This document shows positions 9,275 to 18,281 of a DNA stretch of 25,323 nt, piece after piece (the stretch's first letter is position 1; every line of letters begins with the position of its first letter). The stretch lies in assembly GCA_902767125.1 (NCBI GenBank), contig CACXGJ010000138.1, positions 1 to 25,323 on the forward strand, given 5' to 3'. The notes below the pieces were generated by a model. The model was given only the letters and a program-made list of their open reading frames with translations. It had not been told where the DNA came from and did no database searches. The translations under genes were made by a program, and so were the position numbers. The DNA comes from an uncultured Ruminococcus sp. (GTDB lineage: Bacteria; Bacillota; Clostridia; Oscillospirales; Acutalibacteraceae).

Positions 9275-9303
9275 ATTATAATATAGACAAAGGGAAATGT
9301 CAA
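9275..9303 (-). promoter_or_regulatory. Consensus sigmaA promoter facing the tandem-HTH gene
   Basis: TTGACA-N17-TATAAT on the minus strand; implies a leader of about 265 nt containing both putative operators. Confidence 0.75.
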
Positions 9304-9354
9304 TTATTGGTAATAAAAAATTTTTATAAAATTGCTTATAAGTTTTTATTCGTC

Positions 9355-9412
9355 TATAGAACCCCCCAAAGTGAGCGGATATGTTCTGTATCTGCTCACT
9401 TGGCGTTCTATA
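9355..9412. other. Long imperfect intergenic hairpin, function unknown
   Basis: TATAGAAC/GTTCTATA outer stem plus CCAAAGTGAGCGGATA/TATCTGCTCACTTGG inner stem with a 7-nt loop. Confidence 0.7.
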
Positions 9413-9425
9413 TAAAATTTTTATA

Positions 9426-9465
9426 TAAAAAGAGCGGAGCCTGTATTACAAAAGCTCCGCTCTTT
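9426..9465. terminator. Terminator of pcrA/phospholipase-family unit, possibly bidirectional
   Basis: Perfect 12-bp stem AAAGAGCGGAGC/GCTCCGCTCTTT immediately after the stop at 9467, with T-runs on both strands. Confidence 0.85.
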
Positions 9466-9466
9466 G

Positions 9467-10369
9467 TTATTTTGATTTGCCCGTGAAAGGCTCACGGCAC
9501 TGGTCGGGATTCAGCATTCTTTCTGTAAGTACAGATGATATAAGCATAAGAGCCTTTTCCTCCGCAATGTCGGTAAGCTCAAAAAAATTTTCCTTATGCT
9601 TTTTGCCGTCTATTTGAGAATACCATTCGGAGTGGGACATATTGGCATAGTCGAATGACAGATCGGGATAGGATGTTCTTATGATAGGAGAAAGCACAGG
9701 ACTTATTTTGAGCAGTCTTTCACCGAGCTTTACGATGGATTTTTTGAGTGATCGCCTGTCATTGAGCATGACAAGACTGTGATGCCAGTCCTTCTGAACC
9801 TGAACAAGCTCATCCGTTTTTATATCCTGCCTGAAATATTCGAGCAAGAAGCCATGCCACATTTCCGCTATCAGGCGATTGACTCTTTCCTTCATCGGAG
9901 CAGTCGATTGAAGCTTGAAGGAGGATATCTTCTGCTTCCGCTCATATCTTAAAAAAAGGCTGTCAAGATTAGCCTCTATTTCGTTGTGGCATATACTGTT
10001 GAGCATATCAAGACGCTGTTCTTCGAGTACATCCGAAAAATATACTATAAACGGATGTGCCGTTGCATCAAAAGCATAATGGGTGATGAATCCCAAAGTA
10101 TAGCTCATTGCAATATCACTTTGATTATTCCTTGCAAAGCCTATAAAATAATTTATTATTTTTTCCGCACTCATAGAATGTATCCTTGAGCCGTATTCTT
10201 TAAGGCTTCTGCCCTTTTGATACGGCATCACTCTATGAAGAAAGAATATATCGGGACCTGACGCTCCCCATATAAAAGCAGTATGATCAAGCTCAAGCTG
10301 GGGCTGATATTCAAGAAGCACATCATATATTCTTTCCGCCAATAAGTAATGTGATACTACCGCAGGCAT
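9467..10369 (-). CDS. Zinc-dependent phospholipase C / S1-P1-like family protein, 300 aa
   Basis: SHYLLA, GASGPDIFFLH, GFITHYAFDATAHPFI and HNEIE metal-ligand motifs; start moved to MPAVV behind AAGGAG. Confidence 0.8.
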   Translation of the reverse strand: MPAVVSHYLLAERIYDVLLEYQPQLELDHTAFIWGASGPDIFFLHRVMPYQKGRSLKEYGSRIHSMSAEKIINYFIGFARNNQSDIAMSYTLGFITHYAFDATAHPFIVYFSDVLEEQRLDMLNSICHNEIEANLDSLFLRYERKQKISSFKLQSTAPMKERVNRLIAEMWHGFLLEYFRQDIKTDELVQVQKDWHHSLVMLNDRRSLKKSIVKLGERLLKISPVLSPIIRTSYPDLSFDYANMSHSEWYSQIDGKKHKENFFELTDIAEEKALMLISSVLTERMLNPDQCREPFTGKSK

Positions 10370-10465
10370 TTTTTCATCTCCTTTATCCGACACAGAGAAA
10401 GAAATGATAAACTGCAAAAGCCTGTCATTTCTCGCTCCCGACTCCTCACTTATTTGTTACCTTAT

Positions 10466-12835
10466 TCAGTCAAGAACAGTCAGCTTGGCTATATTTCCCA
10501 TAAGCTTTTTTGTGCCGACCTTGTCGAATGCTATTTCAAGCATACTGTCGGAAGCCATGGGCTTGACATTTATTATTGTTCCTTCTCCGAAGGTATTGTG
10601 TATAACTCTCATACCGACAGTATAATTTATCATAACAGGCTTTGGTGTCACTCCCGAAGTTATCGTTCTGCTTCGCTCTATCTCCTCACGTCTTGCAGCC
10701 TTGGGTTCAGGAATCTTTACATTGGGATCACGAACTATCTCACGCTTTTTATTTTCGACAAGATGTTCGGGAAGCTCCTTCAGAAAACGTGAAGGGCGGT
10801 TTCTTGTTGTATGACCGAACAGCATTCGGCTTTCAGATGCACTTATGTAAAGCCTTCTTTTAGCCCTTGTTATACCGACATAGGCAAGCCGTCTTTCTTC
10901 CTGCATATCATCGGCATCCGACATTATAGCCTGAAAGCTCGGAAACATATTTTCTTCCATTCCCGGAATAAACACATTGTCAAATTCAAGTCCCTTTGCC
11001 GAATGTATCGTCATCATCACCACTTTATCCTCATCATCTGCATATGAATCTATATCGGTCAGAAGTGCCGTATATTCGAGGAAGCCCTGAAGGGAAGCCT
11101 CATCACCGTATTCCTTTTCATACTGTATGATATTTGACGTAAGTTCATGGACATTTTCAACGGCAGCCTCTCCCCTTTCGCTCTCTCTTTTTATAAAGGG
11201 ATCATAATCCGTTTCCTTGACAAGAGCCTCGTACATATCGGATATCTGCGAACCGTCATCAAGCATTTTATTCATCCTGTCTATCATTGAAACAAAGCTC
11301 TGAAGCTTTTCACAGCTTTTCAAGAGGATATCGAACTGTTCTGCCTGACGCATTGTTTCAAACATACTCTGACCGAGTGTATAGCTTATTTCTTCTATCT
11401 GTGATATGGTTCTGTCGCCGATGCCACGCTTCGGAACATTTATTATTCTTTTAAGTCTGTTGTTGTCAAACGGATTGCTTATGACATTGAGATATGCCAT
11501 CATATCTCTTATTTCCCTGTACTCGAAGAATTTTCTTCCGCCTATTATCTTGTAGGGGATTCTTGAACGAAGGAAATTTCTTTCTATTGCCTGTGATTGA
11601 GTATTCATTCTGTAAAGGACTGCATGGTCGGAGTATTTTCCGCCCTTTGCAACATCATCCTTTATAGTTTTTGAGATAAAGCCGCTCTCGTCCTGCTCAT
11701 CGCTTGCTGTATAGACGATGATCTTGTCTCCCGCTTCATTTTGTGTCCAAAGACTTTTTTCATGCCTTGCATAGTTGTTCTTTATAATATAGTTTGCCGC
11801 ATTGAGGATATTTTTAGTCGAGCGGTAATTTTGCTCCAGCTTCACAACTTTGGCATTTTCATAGTCATTATCAAATTCAAGTATATTTTCGACAGTTGCT
11901 CCCCTGAATTTATATATGCTCTGATCATCGTCGCCCACAACGCATACATTATGATATTTCTCCGAAAGAAGCCTTACAAGCTCATACTGGATAGTATTTG
12001 TATCCTGATATTCGTCTACCATGATATATTTGAACTGCTCCTGATATTTTTCGAGTATATCGGGAAATTCATTGAAAAGCTCAACGGTATTATATATAAT
12101 ATCATCAAAATCCATTGCATTTGCCTCAAGAAGTCTTTTCTGATATTCTTTATATATATTTGCGATCGAAATAAGTCTGACATCGGTTCCCGCACGTTTT
12201 TTGAATTTTTCGGGACTTACAATAGAATCCTTTGCATGGGATATTTCGGGTATAACACTTTTCAACGGAAGTATCTTATCATCAATGTTGAGTGCTTTCA
12301 TGCAGTCCCTGATAATCCTTTTCTGGTCATCGGTGTCATATATGGTGAAATGCTCACGATAGCCGAGTCTTTCGCCGTATCTGCGGAGTATCCTTACACA
12401 CGCACTATGAAAGGTAGATGCCCATATATCATGTCCTGCGGAGCCGACTTTTTTGACGATTCTGTCTTTGAGTTCATTTGCAGCTTTGTTTGTGAAGGTT
12501 ATGGCAAGTATTCTCCACGGCTGTACCTTTGAAACGGCAAGTCTGTCAGTGAGTTCATCGGACAGTTCTGTTTTTGCGTCAGCGGCATCTTTCATTTGTT
12601 CGATATCATCATCACTGTACTGACCGTACAGCTCCTCGCTTTCATATGCCTCACCCCAGCGAAGTATATGGGCAATGCGGTTCACGAGTACAGTAGTTTT
12701 TCCGCTGCCTGCTCCCGCAAGCACAAGCAACGGTCCTTTTACTGTAAGTACTGCTTCCCTCTGTCTGTTATTAAGACCTGTAAATTCTCTTTCTATGATA
12801 TTTTTTCTGATCTGTATGATCTCCGTTCTTGTCAT
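10466..12835 (-). CDS. pcrA: ATP-dependent DNA helicase PcrA/UvrD
   Basis: LAGAGSGKT, TFTNKAA, DEYQD, VVGDDDQSIY, LEQNYRS, MTIHSAKGLEF and EERRLAYVGITRA; C-terminal Tudor-like domain (VIHNTFGEG). Confidence 0.97.
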   Translation of the reverse strand: MTRTEIIQIRKNIIEREFTGLNNRQREAVLTVKGPLLVLAGAGSGKTTVLVNRIAHILRWGEAYESEELYGQYSDDDIEQMKDAADAKTELSDELTDRLAVSKVQPWRILAITFTNKAANELKDRIVKKVGSAGHDIWASTFHSACVRILRRYGERLGYREHFTIYDTDDQKRIIRDCMKALNIDDKILPLKSVIPEISHAKDSIVSPEKFKKRAGTDVRLISIANIYKEYQKRLLEANAMDFDDIIYNTVELFNEFPDILEKYQEQFKYIMVDEYQDTNTIQYELVRLLSEKYHNVCVVGDDDQSIYKFRGATVENILEFDNDYENAKVVKLEQNYRSTKNILNAANYIIKNNYARHEKSLWTQNEAGDKIIVYTASDEQDESGFISKTIKDDVAKGGKYSDHAVLYRMNTQSQAIERNFLRSRIPYKIIGGRKFFEYREIRDMMAYLNVISNPFDNNRLKRIINVPKRGIGDRTISQIEEISYTLGQSMFETMRQAEQFDILLKSCEKLQSFVSMIDRMNKMLDDGSQISDMYEALVKETDYDPFIKRESERGEAAVENVHELTSNIIQYEKEYGDEASLQGFLEYTALLTDIDSYADDEDKVVMMTIHSAKGLEFDNVFIPGMEENMFPSFQAIMSDADDMQEERRLAYVGITRAKRRLYISASESRMLFGHTTRNRPSRFLKELPEHLVENKKREIVRDPNVKIPEPKAARREEIERSRTITSGVTPKPVMINYTVGMRVIHNTFGEGTIINVKPMASDSMLEIAFDKVGTKKLMGNIAKLTVLD

Positions 12836-13013
12836 TGGAACGTCCCCCTAAATTTTTTTAATAGCTTGTTTTTACTATTCTATTTTACCTCAAAATCAAA
12901 ATAATATCAAATATTATTCATAAATTTATTTTGATTTGTCATAAATATATTTCAGGGAAAAAATAAAAAAATTTCCCGAATGATAATTTTCTTGAAACGG
13001 AGGAATAATTTTT

Positions 13014-13985
13014 ATGTCAAGAAAAAAAGGTATTGATGTATCCTATGCACAAGGAAATATAGATTTTTCAAAAATAGATAAGAATGAAGTGCAGTTTGCT
13101 ATAGTAAGAAGCAGCTTCGGCTGGTACGAAGGGCAGAAGGACAGTAAATTCGACAGAAATATAAAGGGATTTCAGGGAGCGGATATCCCATGCGGAGCAT
13201 ATCATTATTCATATGCACAAAACAGGGATGATGCAGTAAAGGAAGCAAAATACTGTATATCCTGTATAAAGGGCTATAAGCTGCAGCTTCCTGTGTTTTA
13301 TGACCTTGAGGACAGCTCTGTAGCCGTACTCGGAAAACGTACCTGTACCGATATTGCAAAAGCATTTTGCGACTATATGAAAAAAGCCGGCTTCAAAACA
13401 GGAATTTATATGAATCTCAATTGGCTCGACAATTATGTTTATAAAGATGAGCTTATCGGAAAATATGAGCTGTGGCTCGCCCAATGGGACTCTGTAAGAC
13501 CATATTACAAGTGTTCGTTCTGGCAGTATAAGGTCGGTCAGTCGGGAAGCATAAAGGGCATTTCCGGAGAAATAGACATGGACTATATGTATACGGACGG
13601 CGATCAAAATAAGGATGATGACGATACACAAAAATTTCAGGTCGGAGATATAGTGAAGGTGCTTGATCCGATAGACTATGATACGGGAAAAAGATTTCAG
13701 GTTTATGACGGTGTGACATACTCGGTAATAGAGGCTGTCGGTGACAGGATAGTCATCGGCATTGACGGTCAGGTCACTGCCGCAATAAATGCAAAATATC
13801 TTGAAAAGCTCCCTTCAGAATCGGAAAAAAATAAACATACCTATACTTATATAATAAGGAGCGGTGATACGCTCACGTCAATAGCAGAAAAATATCATAC
13901 CACTGTCCGGAAAATAGCAGAAGAAAATCATATAGCAAACCCCAATATAATATACGCAGGTCAGATACTTCACATAACAGTTTAA
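13014..13985 (+). CDS. GH25 muramidase with SH3-like module and C-terminal LysM; no signal peptide seen
   Basis: GIDVSYAQG and VFYDLED GH25 motifs; LWLAQW; FQVGDIVKV...AAINAKYL module; LysM YIIRSGDTLTSIA...IANPNIIYAGQIL; GGAGG RBS. Confidence 0.9.
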   Translation: MSRKKGIDVSYAQGNIDFSKIDKNEVQFAIVRSSFGWYEGQKDSKFDRNIKGFQGADIPCGAYHYSYAQNRDDAVKEAKYCISCIKGYKLQLPVFYDLEDSSVAVLGKRTCTDIAKAFCDYMKKAGFKTGIYMNLNWLDNYVYKDELIGKYELWLAQWDSVRPYYKCSFWQYKVGQSGSIKGISGEIDMDYMYTDGDQNKDDDDTQKFQVGDIVKVLDPIDYDTGKRFQVYDGVTYSVIEAVGDRIVIGIDGQVTAAINAKYLEKLPSESEKNKHTYTYIIRSGDTLTSIAEKYHTTVRKIAEENHIANPNIIYAGQILHITV

Positions 13986-14047
13986 GCAGATTGTACAGAA
14001 AAATCAGTTAAATTCAATGCAACTTTAATAAAAATAACATTATCGAC

Positions 14048-14077
14048 TTGACAATAGTGTAATAATAGTTATAAAAT
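14048..14077 (+). promoter_or_regulatory. Candidate sigmaA promoter upstream of rny
   Basis: TTGACA-N18-TAAAAT. Confidence 0.55.
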
Positions 14078-14446
14078 ACAAGATGTGCAGAATCGTGTTT
14101 TTTACTTCATAAATATCATTTATCCGACTCTGCTTTTTGGTCATCATCTCAATGATGTCGTTGAGATATTTTTATATAAATTTTCATAAACATTCAAAGC
14201 GTTTCCAATAAAAACAGTTGAAAAAATCCCATAGAAAATTTTTTGATAATTTTTTCGGTTTGAGATTTCAATTTAAACGAGGGTTCTTATTAAATTAGGA
14301 AATATTTTTATATGAAGGAGATTTTTTTGAGTATAATAAAGAAAAACTGAATAAAAATATTTGACAGCGACACCTTCTTGAGCTGATCTTATGAACAAAA
14401 TATAAAAACCTTTAACAAACAAAAATCATAGGAGGTGCAAATCAAA

Positions 14447-16000
14447 ATGGATCCGGTGCTGGCAATATTCCTGATAGTAGCTATTTCGATAGTAGTCGGA
14501 GGATGTGCTTTTTTTGCAGGCGTTCAGTACAGAAAAAAAGTCGGTGAGGACAAAATCGGCTCTGCCGAAACCGAGGCAAAGAGGATAATTGATGAGGCTC
14601 AACGTCTTGGAGATGCGGCAAAAAAGGAAGCGGTCATAGCAGGTAAGGATGAGGCTCACAAGCTTCTTACCAATGCTGAACATGAGATCGCAGACAGACG
14701 AAAAGAAATGCAGCGTCAGGAAAGACGTATCCAACAAAAAGAAGAATCTGTAGAGAAAAAGCTCGAAAGTCTTGAGAAGAAGGATGAATCCGTTTCACAG
14801 AAGCTCAAGGCTGCCGAACAGCGTCTTGCTGAAGCTGAACAGATCAAACAAAGTGAACTTGGTGTTCTCGAAAAAATATCCGGATTTACTTCCGAACAGG
14901 CTAAAGCCTATATCCTGAATAATCTTGACAATGAGCTTACACATGAAAAGGCTGTCAAGATAATGGATTTTCAGCAGAAAACCAAGGAAGAATCCGAAAA
15001 GACCGCAAGAGAGATCGTATCCCTTGCAATACAGCGTATAGCTGCCGACCATGTGAGTGAATCGACTGTATCTGTCGTTCCTTTGCCGAATGACGATATG
15101 AAAGGAAGGATAATCGGTCGTGAGGGCAGAAATATACGTGCAATAGAGACCTTGACAGGTGTTGACCTCATAATAGACGATACACCCGAGGCAATCACCC
15201 TCTCATGCTTTGAACCCGTAAGGCGTGAAATAGCAAAGGTCACTCTTACAAAGCTCATTTCCGACGGCAGAATACATCCCGCCAAAATCGAGGAAATGTA
15301 TGAAAAGGCAAAGCGTGAGGTCGAATACACGATAAAATCCGAGGGTGAACGTGCTATCATCGAAGCAGGCATAAACAATATCCATCCCGAACTTGTGAAG
15401 CTCCTCGGAAGACTCCATTTCCGTACAAGCTATGGTCAGAATGTCCTCGAGCATTCGCTTGAGGTGGCATATCTCGCAGGTATAATGGCATCCGAGCTTG
15501 GACTTGATCCTACACTTGCAAGACGTGCAGGACTTCTGCATGACATAGGCAAGGCTCTTGATCAGGAGGTAGAAGGCTCACATATCGAAATAGGCGTTGA
15601 TATTGCAAGGAAATATAAAGAGAGTGAGGCAGTCGTTCATGCAATACACGCCCATCACGGTGATGTAGAGGCAAAGACTGTTATAGCCTGCCTTGTACAG
15701 GCAGCAGATGCGATATCCGCTGCAAGACCCGGGGCAAGGCGTGAAAATCTCGAAAATTATATCAAGCGTCTCGAAAAGCTCGAGGAAGTCGCTTCTTCAT
15801 TTGAGGGCGTTGAAAGATGCTTTGCAATACAGGCAGGACGTGAGGTAAGAATCATCGTGCGACCTGAAGTGGTCAAGGATGATTCAATGGTACTGCTTGC
15901 CCGTGACATATGCAAGAAGATCGAAGACGAGGTAGAGTATCCCGGACAGATAAAAGTAAATATCATCCGTGAGAGTCGTGCCGTTGAATACGCTAAATAA
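14447..16000 (+). CDS. rny: Ribonuclease Y, 517 aa
   Basis: N-terminal TM helix, coiled coil, KH ([13 protein letters not shown]) and HD (LLHDIGKA) domains; ATG 14447 behind AGGAGG. Confidence 0.99.
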   Translation: MDPVLAIFLIVAISIVVGGCAFFAGVQYRKKVGEDKIGSAETEAKRIIDEAQRLGDAAKKEAVIAGKDEAHKLLTNAEHEIADRRKEMQRQERRIQQKEESVEKKLESLEKKDESVSQKLKAAEQRLAEAEQIKQSELGVLEKISGFTSEQAKAYILNNLDNELTHEKAVKIMDFQQKTKEESEKTAREIVSLAIQRIAADHVSESTVSVVPLPNDDMKGRIIGREGRNIRAIETLTGVDLIIDDTPEAITLSCFEPVRREIAKVTLTKLISDGRIHPAKIEEMYEKAKREVEYTIKSEGERAIIEAGINNIHPELVKLLGRLHFRTSYGQNVLEHSLEVAYLAGIMASELGLDPTLARRAGLLHDIGKALDQEVEGSHIEIGVDIARKYKESEAVVHAIHAHHGDVEAKTVIACLVQAADAISAARPGARRENLENYIKRLEKLEEVASSFEGVERCFAIQAGREVRIIVRPEVVKDDSMVLLARDICKKIEDEVEYPGQIKVNIIRESRAVEYAK

Positions 16001-16017
16001 ATCAGCAATCAACAATG

Positions 16018-16054
16018 ACAGACAGGCAATTTTTATTTTGCCTGTCTGTTTTTT
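16018..16054 (+). terminator. Intrinsic terminator after rny
   Basis: Perfect 12-bp stem ACAGACAGGCAA/TTGCCTGTCTGT plus T-run. Confidence 0.88.
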
Positions 16055-16124
16055 ATTTTCCTTTCACTTTTTGAGAGACTATGAATAATATGGTGATATA
16101 GGAAGATATAAGGAGGAAACATAT

Positions 16125-16952
16125 ATGCCAGAAAATTTTTTATGCAACGGCTGTAATGATTGTTATCCGAGTGATAAGATAAAAGAGGCTGTCTGCATAA
16201 ATGCCTCACGTATTTATGACTCATGCTCGGATAAGGACTGCCTTGAAGACCTGCCCGTGCTTCTCACAAAGGCAGGTCAGTGCATGATAGACAAGGCTGC
16301 AAATGTCCGTCTTAATGATGTCAGCGTCTGCAATGTTTCGACAGGCCTGCAGCCCGTGCCATTCCACAAGGGTTTCTATGCGGTGGATATGACATTTTAC
16401 TTTGATGTGAACCTTGATGTATTCATGGCTCCGAATGCAATGCCGATGCCTGTGAAGGGACTTGCCGTATTTTCAAAAAGAGCCGTACTTTTCGGCAGTG
16501 ACGGCAGCGTGAAGATATTCAGCTCTGACGGCAATCCCGAAACTACCGATCCCGCCAATGCTCCGACAAGAAACTGCCCGAAGGCTATCGTCCAGATAGC
16601 AGAACCCATACCTCTCTCTGCAAGGCTCATTGACAGAAAAGCTCCGCCTCAAATGCCTCCGTTCCGTATTCCCGAAAGCATCGTAAGAAGATACGGCGGC
16701 GAATTTTCATCGAATGAGGCTGAAAAGCAGGTACTCGTATCAGTAGGAATATTCACCATCGTACAGCTTGAAAGAAATGTTCAGATGCTGATTCCTGCCT
16801 ATGATTTCTGCATACCTCACAAGGAATGTGTCAGCAGCTCGGAGGATCCATGCGAATTGTTCAGCAGCATTGATTTCCCGACAAGCGAATTTTTCCCGTC
16901 AAATCTGCCTCTCGAAAATAAAAAGCGTACAGGCTTTGAAGCCTCTGAATAA
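16125..16952 (+). CDS. Cys-rich hypothetical protein, 275 aa (possibly spore coat/exosporium-associated)
   Basis: Strong AGGAGG RBS; flanked by terminators; EAVCINASRIYDSCSDKDC and YDFCIPHKEC motifs; function is inference only. Confidence 0.75.
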   Translation: MPENFLCNGCNDCYPSDKIKEAVCINASRIYDSCSDKDCLEDLPVLLTKAGQCMIDKAANVRLNDVSVCNVSTGLQPVPFHKGFYAVDMTFYFDVNLDVFMAPNAMPMPVKGLAVFSKRAVLFGSDGSVKIFSSDGNPETTDPANAPTRNCPKAIVQIAEPIPLSARLIDRKAPPQMPPFRIPESIVRRYGGEFSSNEAEKQVLVSVGIFTIVQLERNVQMLIPAYDFCIPHKECVSSSEDPCELFSSIDFPTSEFFPSNLPLENKKRTGFEASE

Positions 16953-16957
16953 TATTG

Positions 16958-17000
16958 ATTCCCCTGTAAGATATCTGCATCTTCAGGGGAATTTCTATTA
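16958..17000 (+). terminator. Terminator after the 275-aa gene
   Basis: ATTCCCCTG(T)AAGAT / ATCTTCAGGGGAAT stem followed by a T-rich tract. Confidence 0.75.
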
Positions 17001-17017
17001 TTTTTTCAAAAAAATAA

Positions 17018-17046
17018 TTGACAACAGAGCCGTTTGCATTTAAAAT
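17018..17046 (+). promoter_or_regulatory. sigmaA promoter of ymdB
   Basis: TTGACA-N17-TAAAAT, about 35 nt before the start codon. Confidence 0.78.
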
Positions 17047-17081
17047 TATAATGTCAGATTTTATTAGAAACAGGTGCTTTA

Positions 17082-17852
17082 ATGAATATATTGGCAATAG
17101 GTGATATAGTCGGAACAGTCGGCTGTCAGTTTCTTCGTGAAAGGCTCCCGTCACTCAAAAAAGCCGAGAATATAGACCTTGTTATCGCAAACGGCGAAAA
17201 TTCGGCAGACGGCAACGGCATTACAAAACTATCCGCTGAATTTATATTCTCAAGCGGTGTCGATGTTATAACCCTCGGAAACCATACCTTTAAAAGAAAA
17301 GAAATATATGAAGTGCTTGATAATTCTATCAGCATCATAAGACCTGCCAATTATCCCGAAAATACTACCCCCGGAAACGGCTTTACAGTATATGATCTCG
17401 GCAGGATACAGATCACTGTCATAAATCTCATGGGCTGTATGTTTATGGAACCTCTCAACGATCCATATACAACCATTGACGATATCCTCAAAAAGACCGA
17501 TACCAAAATCAAAATACTTGACTTCCATGCGGAAGCAACTGCCGAAAAGCTGGCTATGGCATACTATCTTGACGGAAAGGTCTCCGCAATGTTCGGGACA
17601 CATACTCATGTTCAGACCTCTGACGAAAGGATATTCCCAAAGGGTATGGGATATATAACCGATGTCGGAATGACAGGTCCGTATGAATCGGTGCTTGGAG
17701 TTGTACCTGAAATCGCTGTTAAAAAATTCAGGGAGAAATTGCCTGTGAAATTTGAAACGGCTTCGGGAAAATGCAAACTTGATTGTATCAAATTTACGAT
17801 CAATGACAAGACAGGCAAAACTGTTGATATAAAAAGGATAGAACTTGTATAA
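17082..17852 (+). CDS. ymdB: YmdB-like metallophosphoesterase (TIGR00282 type)
   Basis: GDIVG, ANGEN, TLGNH, DFHAEATAEK, GTHTHVQT and TDVGMTG; rny-ymdB-spoVS synteny. Confidence 0.96.
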   Translation: MNILAIGDIVGTVGCQFLRERLPSLKKAENIDLVIANGENSADGNGITKLSAEFIFSSGVDVITLGNHTFKRKEIYEVLDNSISIIRPANYPENTTPGNGFTVYDLGRIQITVINLMGCMFMEPLNDPYTTIDDILKKTDTKIKILDFHAEATAEKLAMAYYLDGKVSAMFGTHTHVQTSDERIFPKGMGYITDVGMTGPYESVLGVVPEIAVKKFREKLPVKFETASGKCKLDCIKFTINDKTGKTVDIKRIELV

Positions 17853-17887
17853 AATATAAAATTTACAGGTTTTTTTACACAAAATAC

Positions 17888-17916
17888 TTGCATAATATTA
17901 AAATTGCATATATTAT
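17888..17916 (+). promoter_or_regulatory. Candidate promoter of spoVS
   Basis: TTGCAT-N17-TATTAT in an AT-rich gap. Confidence 0.45.
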
Positions 17917-17967
17917 ATAGATATATGTTTTTTATTTTTTTTAATGTTTTTAGGAGGAAATTCAAAA

Positions 17968-18228
17968 ATGGAAATTTTAAAGGTTTCATCAAAATCATCA
18001 CCAAATTCTGTTGCAGGTGCTATTGCAGGTGTCATAAGAGATTACGGCTGTGTTGAGGTACAGGCTGTAGGTGCAGGTGCTACCAATCAGGCTCTTAAAT
18101 CTATCGCTGTTGCAAGAGGCTATCTTGCTCCGATGGGTATCGACCTTGTTTGTATACCTGCTTTCACCAGCATTGAAATTGACGGTGTTGAGCGTACTGC
18201 AATGAAGCTTATAGTAGAGACCAAATAA
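17968..18228 (+). CDS. spoVS: Stage V sporulation protein S, 86 aa
   Basis: MEILKVSSKSSPNSVAGAIA...QAVGAGATNQALKSIAVARG; AGGAGG RBS. Confidence 0.98.
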   Translation: MEILKVSSKSSPNSVAGAIAGVIRDYGCVEVQAVGAGATNQALKSIAVARGYLAPMGIDLVCIPAFTSIEIDGVERTAMKLIVETK

Positions 18229-18281
18229 TTTTTGATATCAGATGTGAGATGACTATTTTTTTATGAAGGAAGTGCGAAACG

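Noticed and set aside
9216-9329. Tiny plus-strand ORFs (MTLCQ; MSIIGNKKFL) in the HTH upstream region
   Set aside because: Poor RBS spacing and no features of leader or toxin peptides
13014-13985. Prophage at the GH25 gene
   Set aside because: No integrase, holin, structural genes or att-like repeats; both neighbours are housekeeping genes
14426-14446. Longer ORF-track starts for rny (14435), and likewise for ylxQ, rrf2, the PLC-family gene, spoVS, recG and the 2H gene
   Set aside because: They overlap or precede the Shine-Dalgarno sequence or the upstream gene; downstream starts fit RBS spacing better
16060-16100. sigmaK-like promoter before the Cys-rich gene
   Set aside because: Only a loose match in AT-rich DNA; not enough to call
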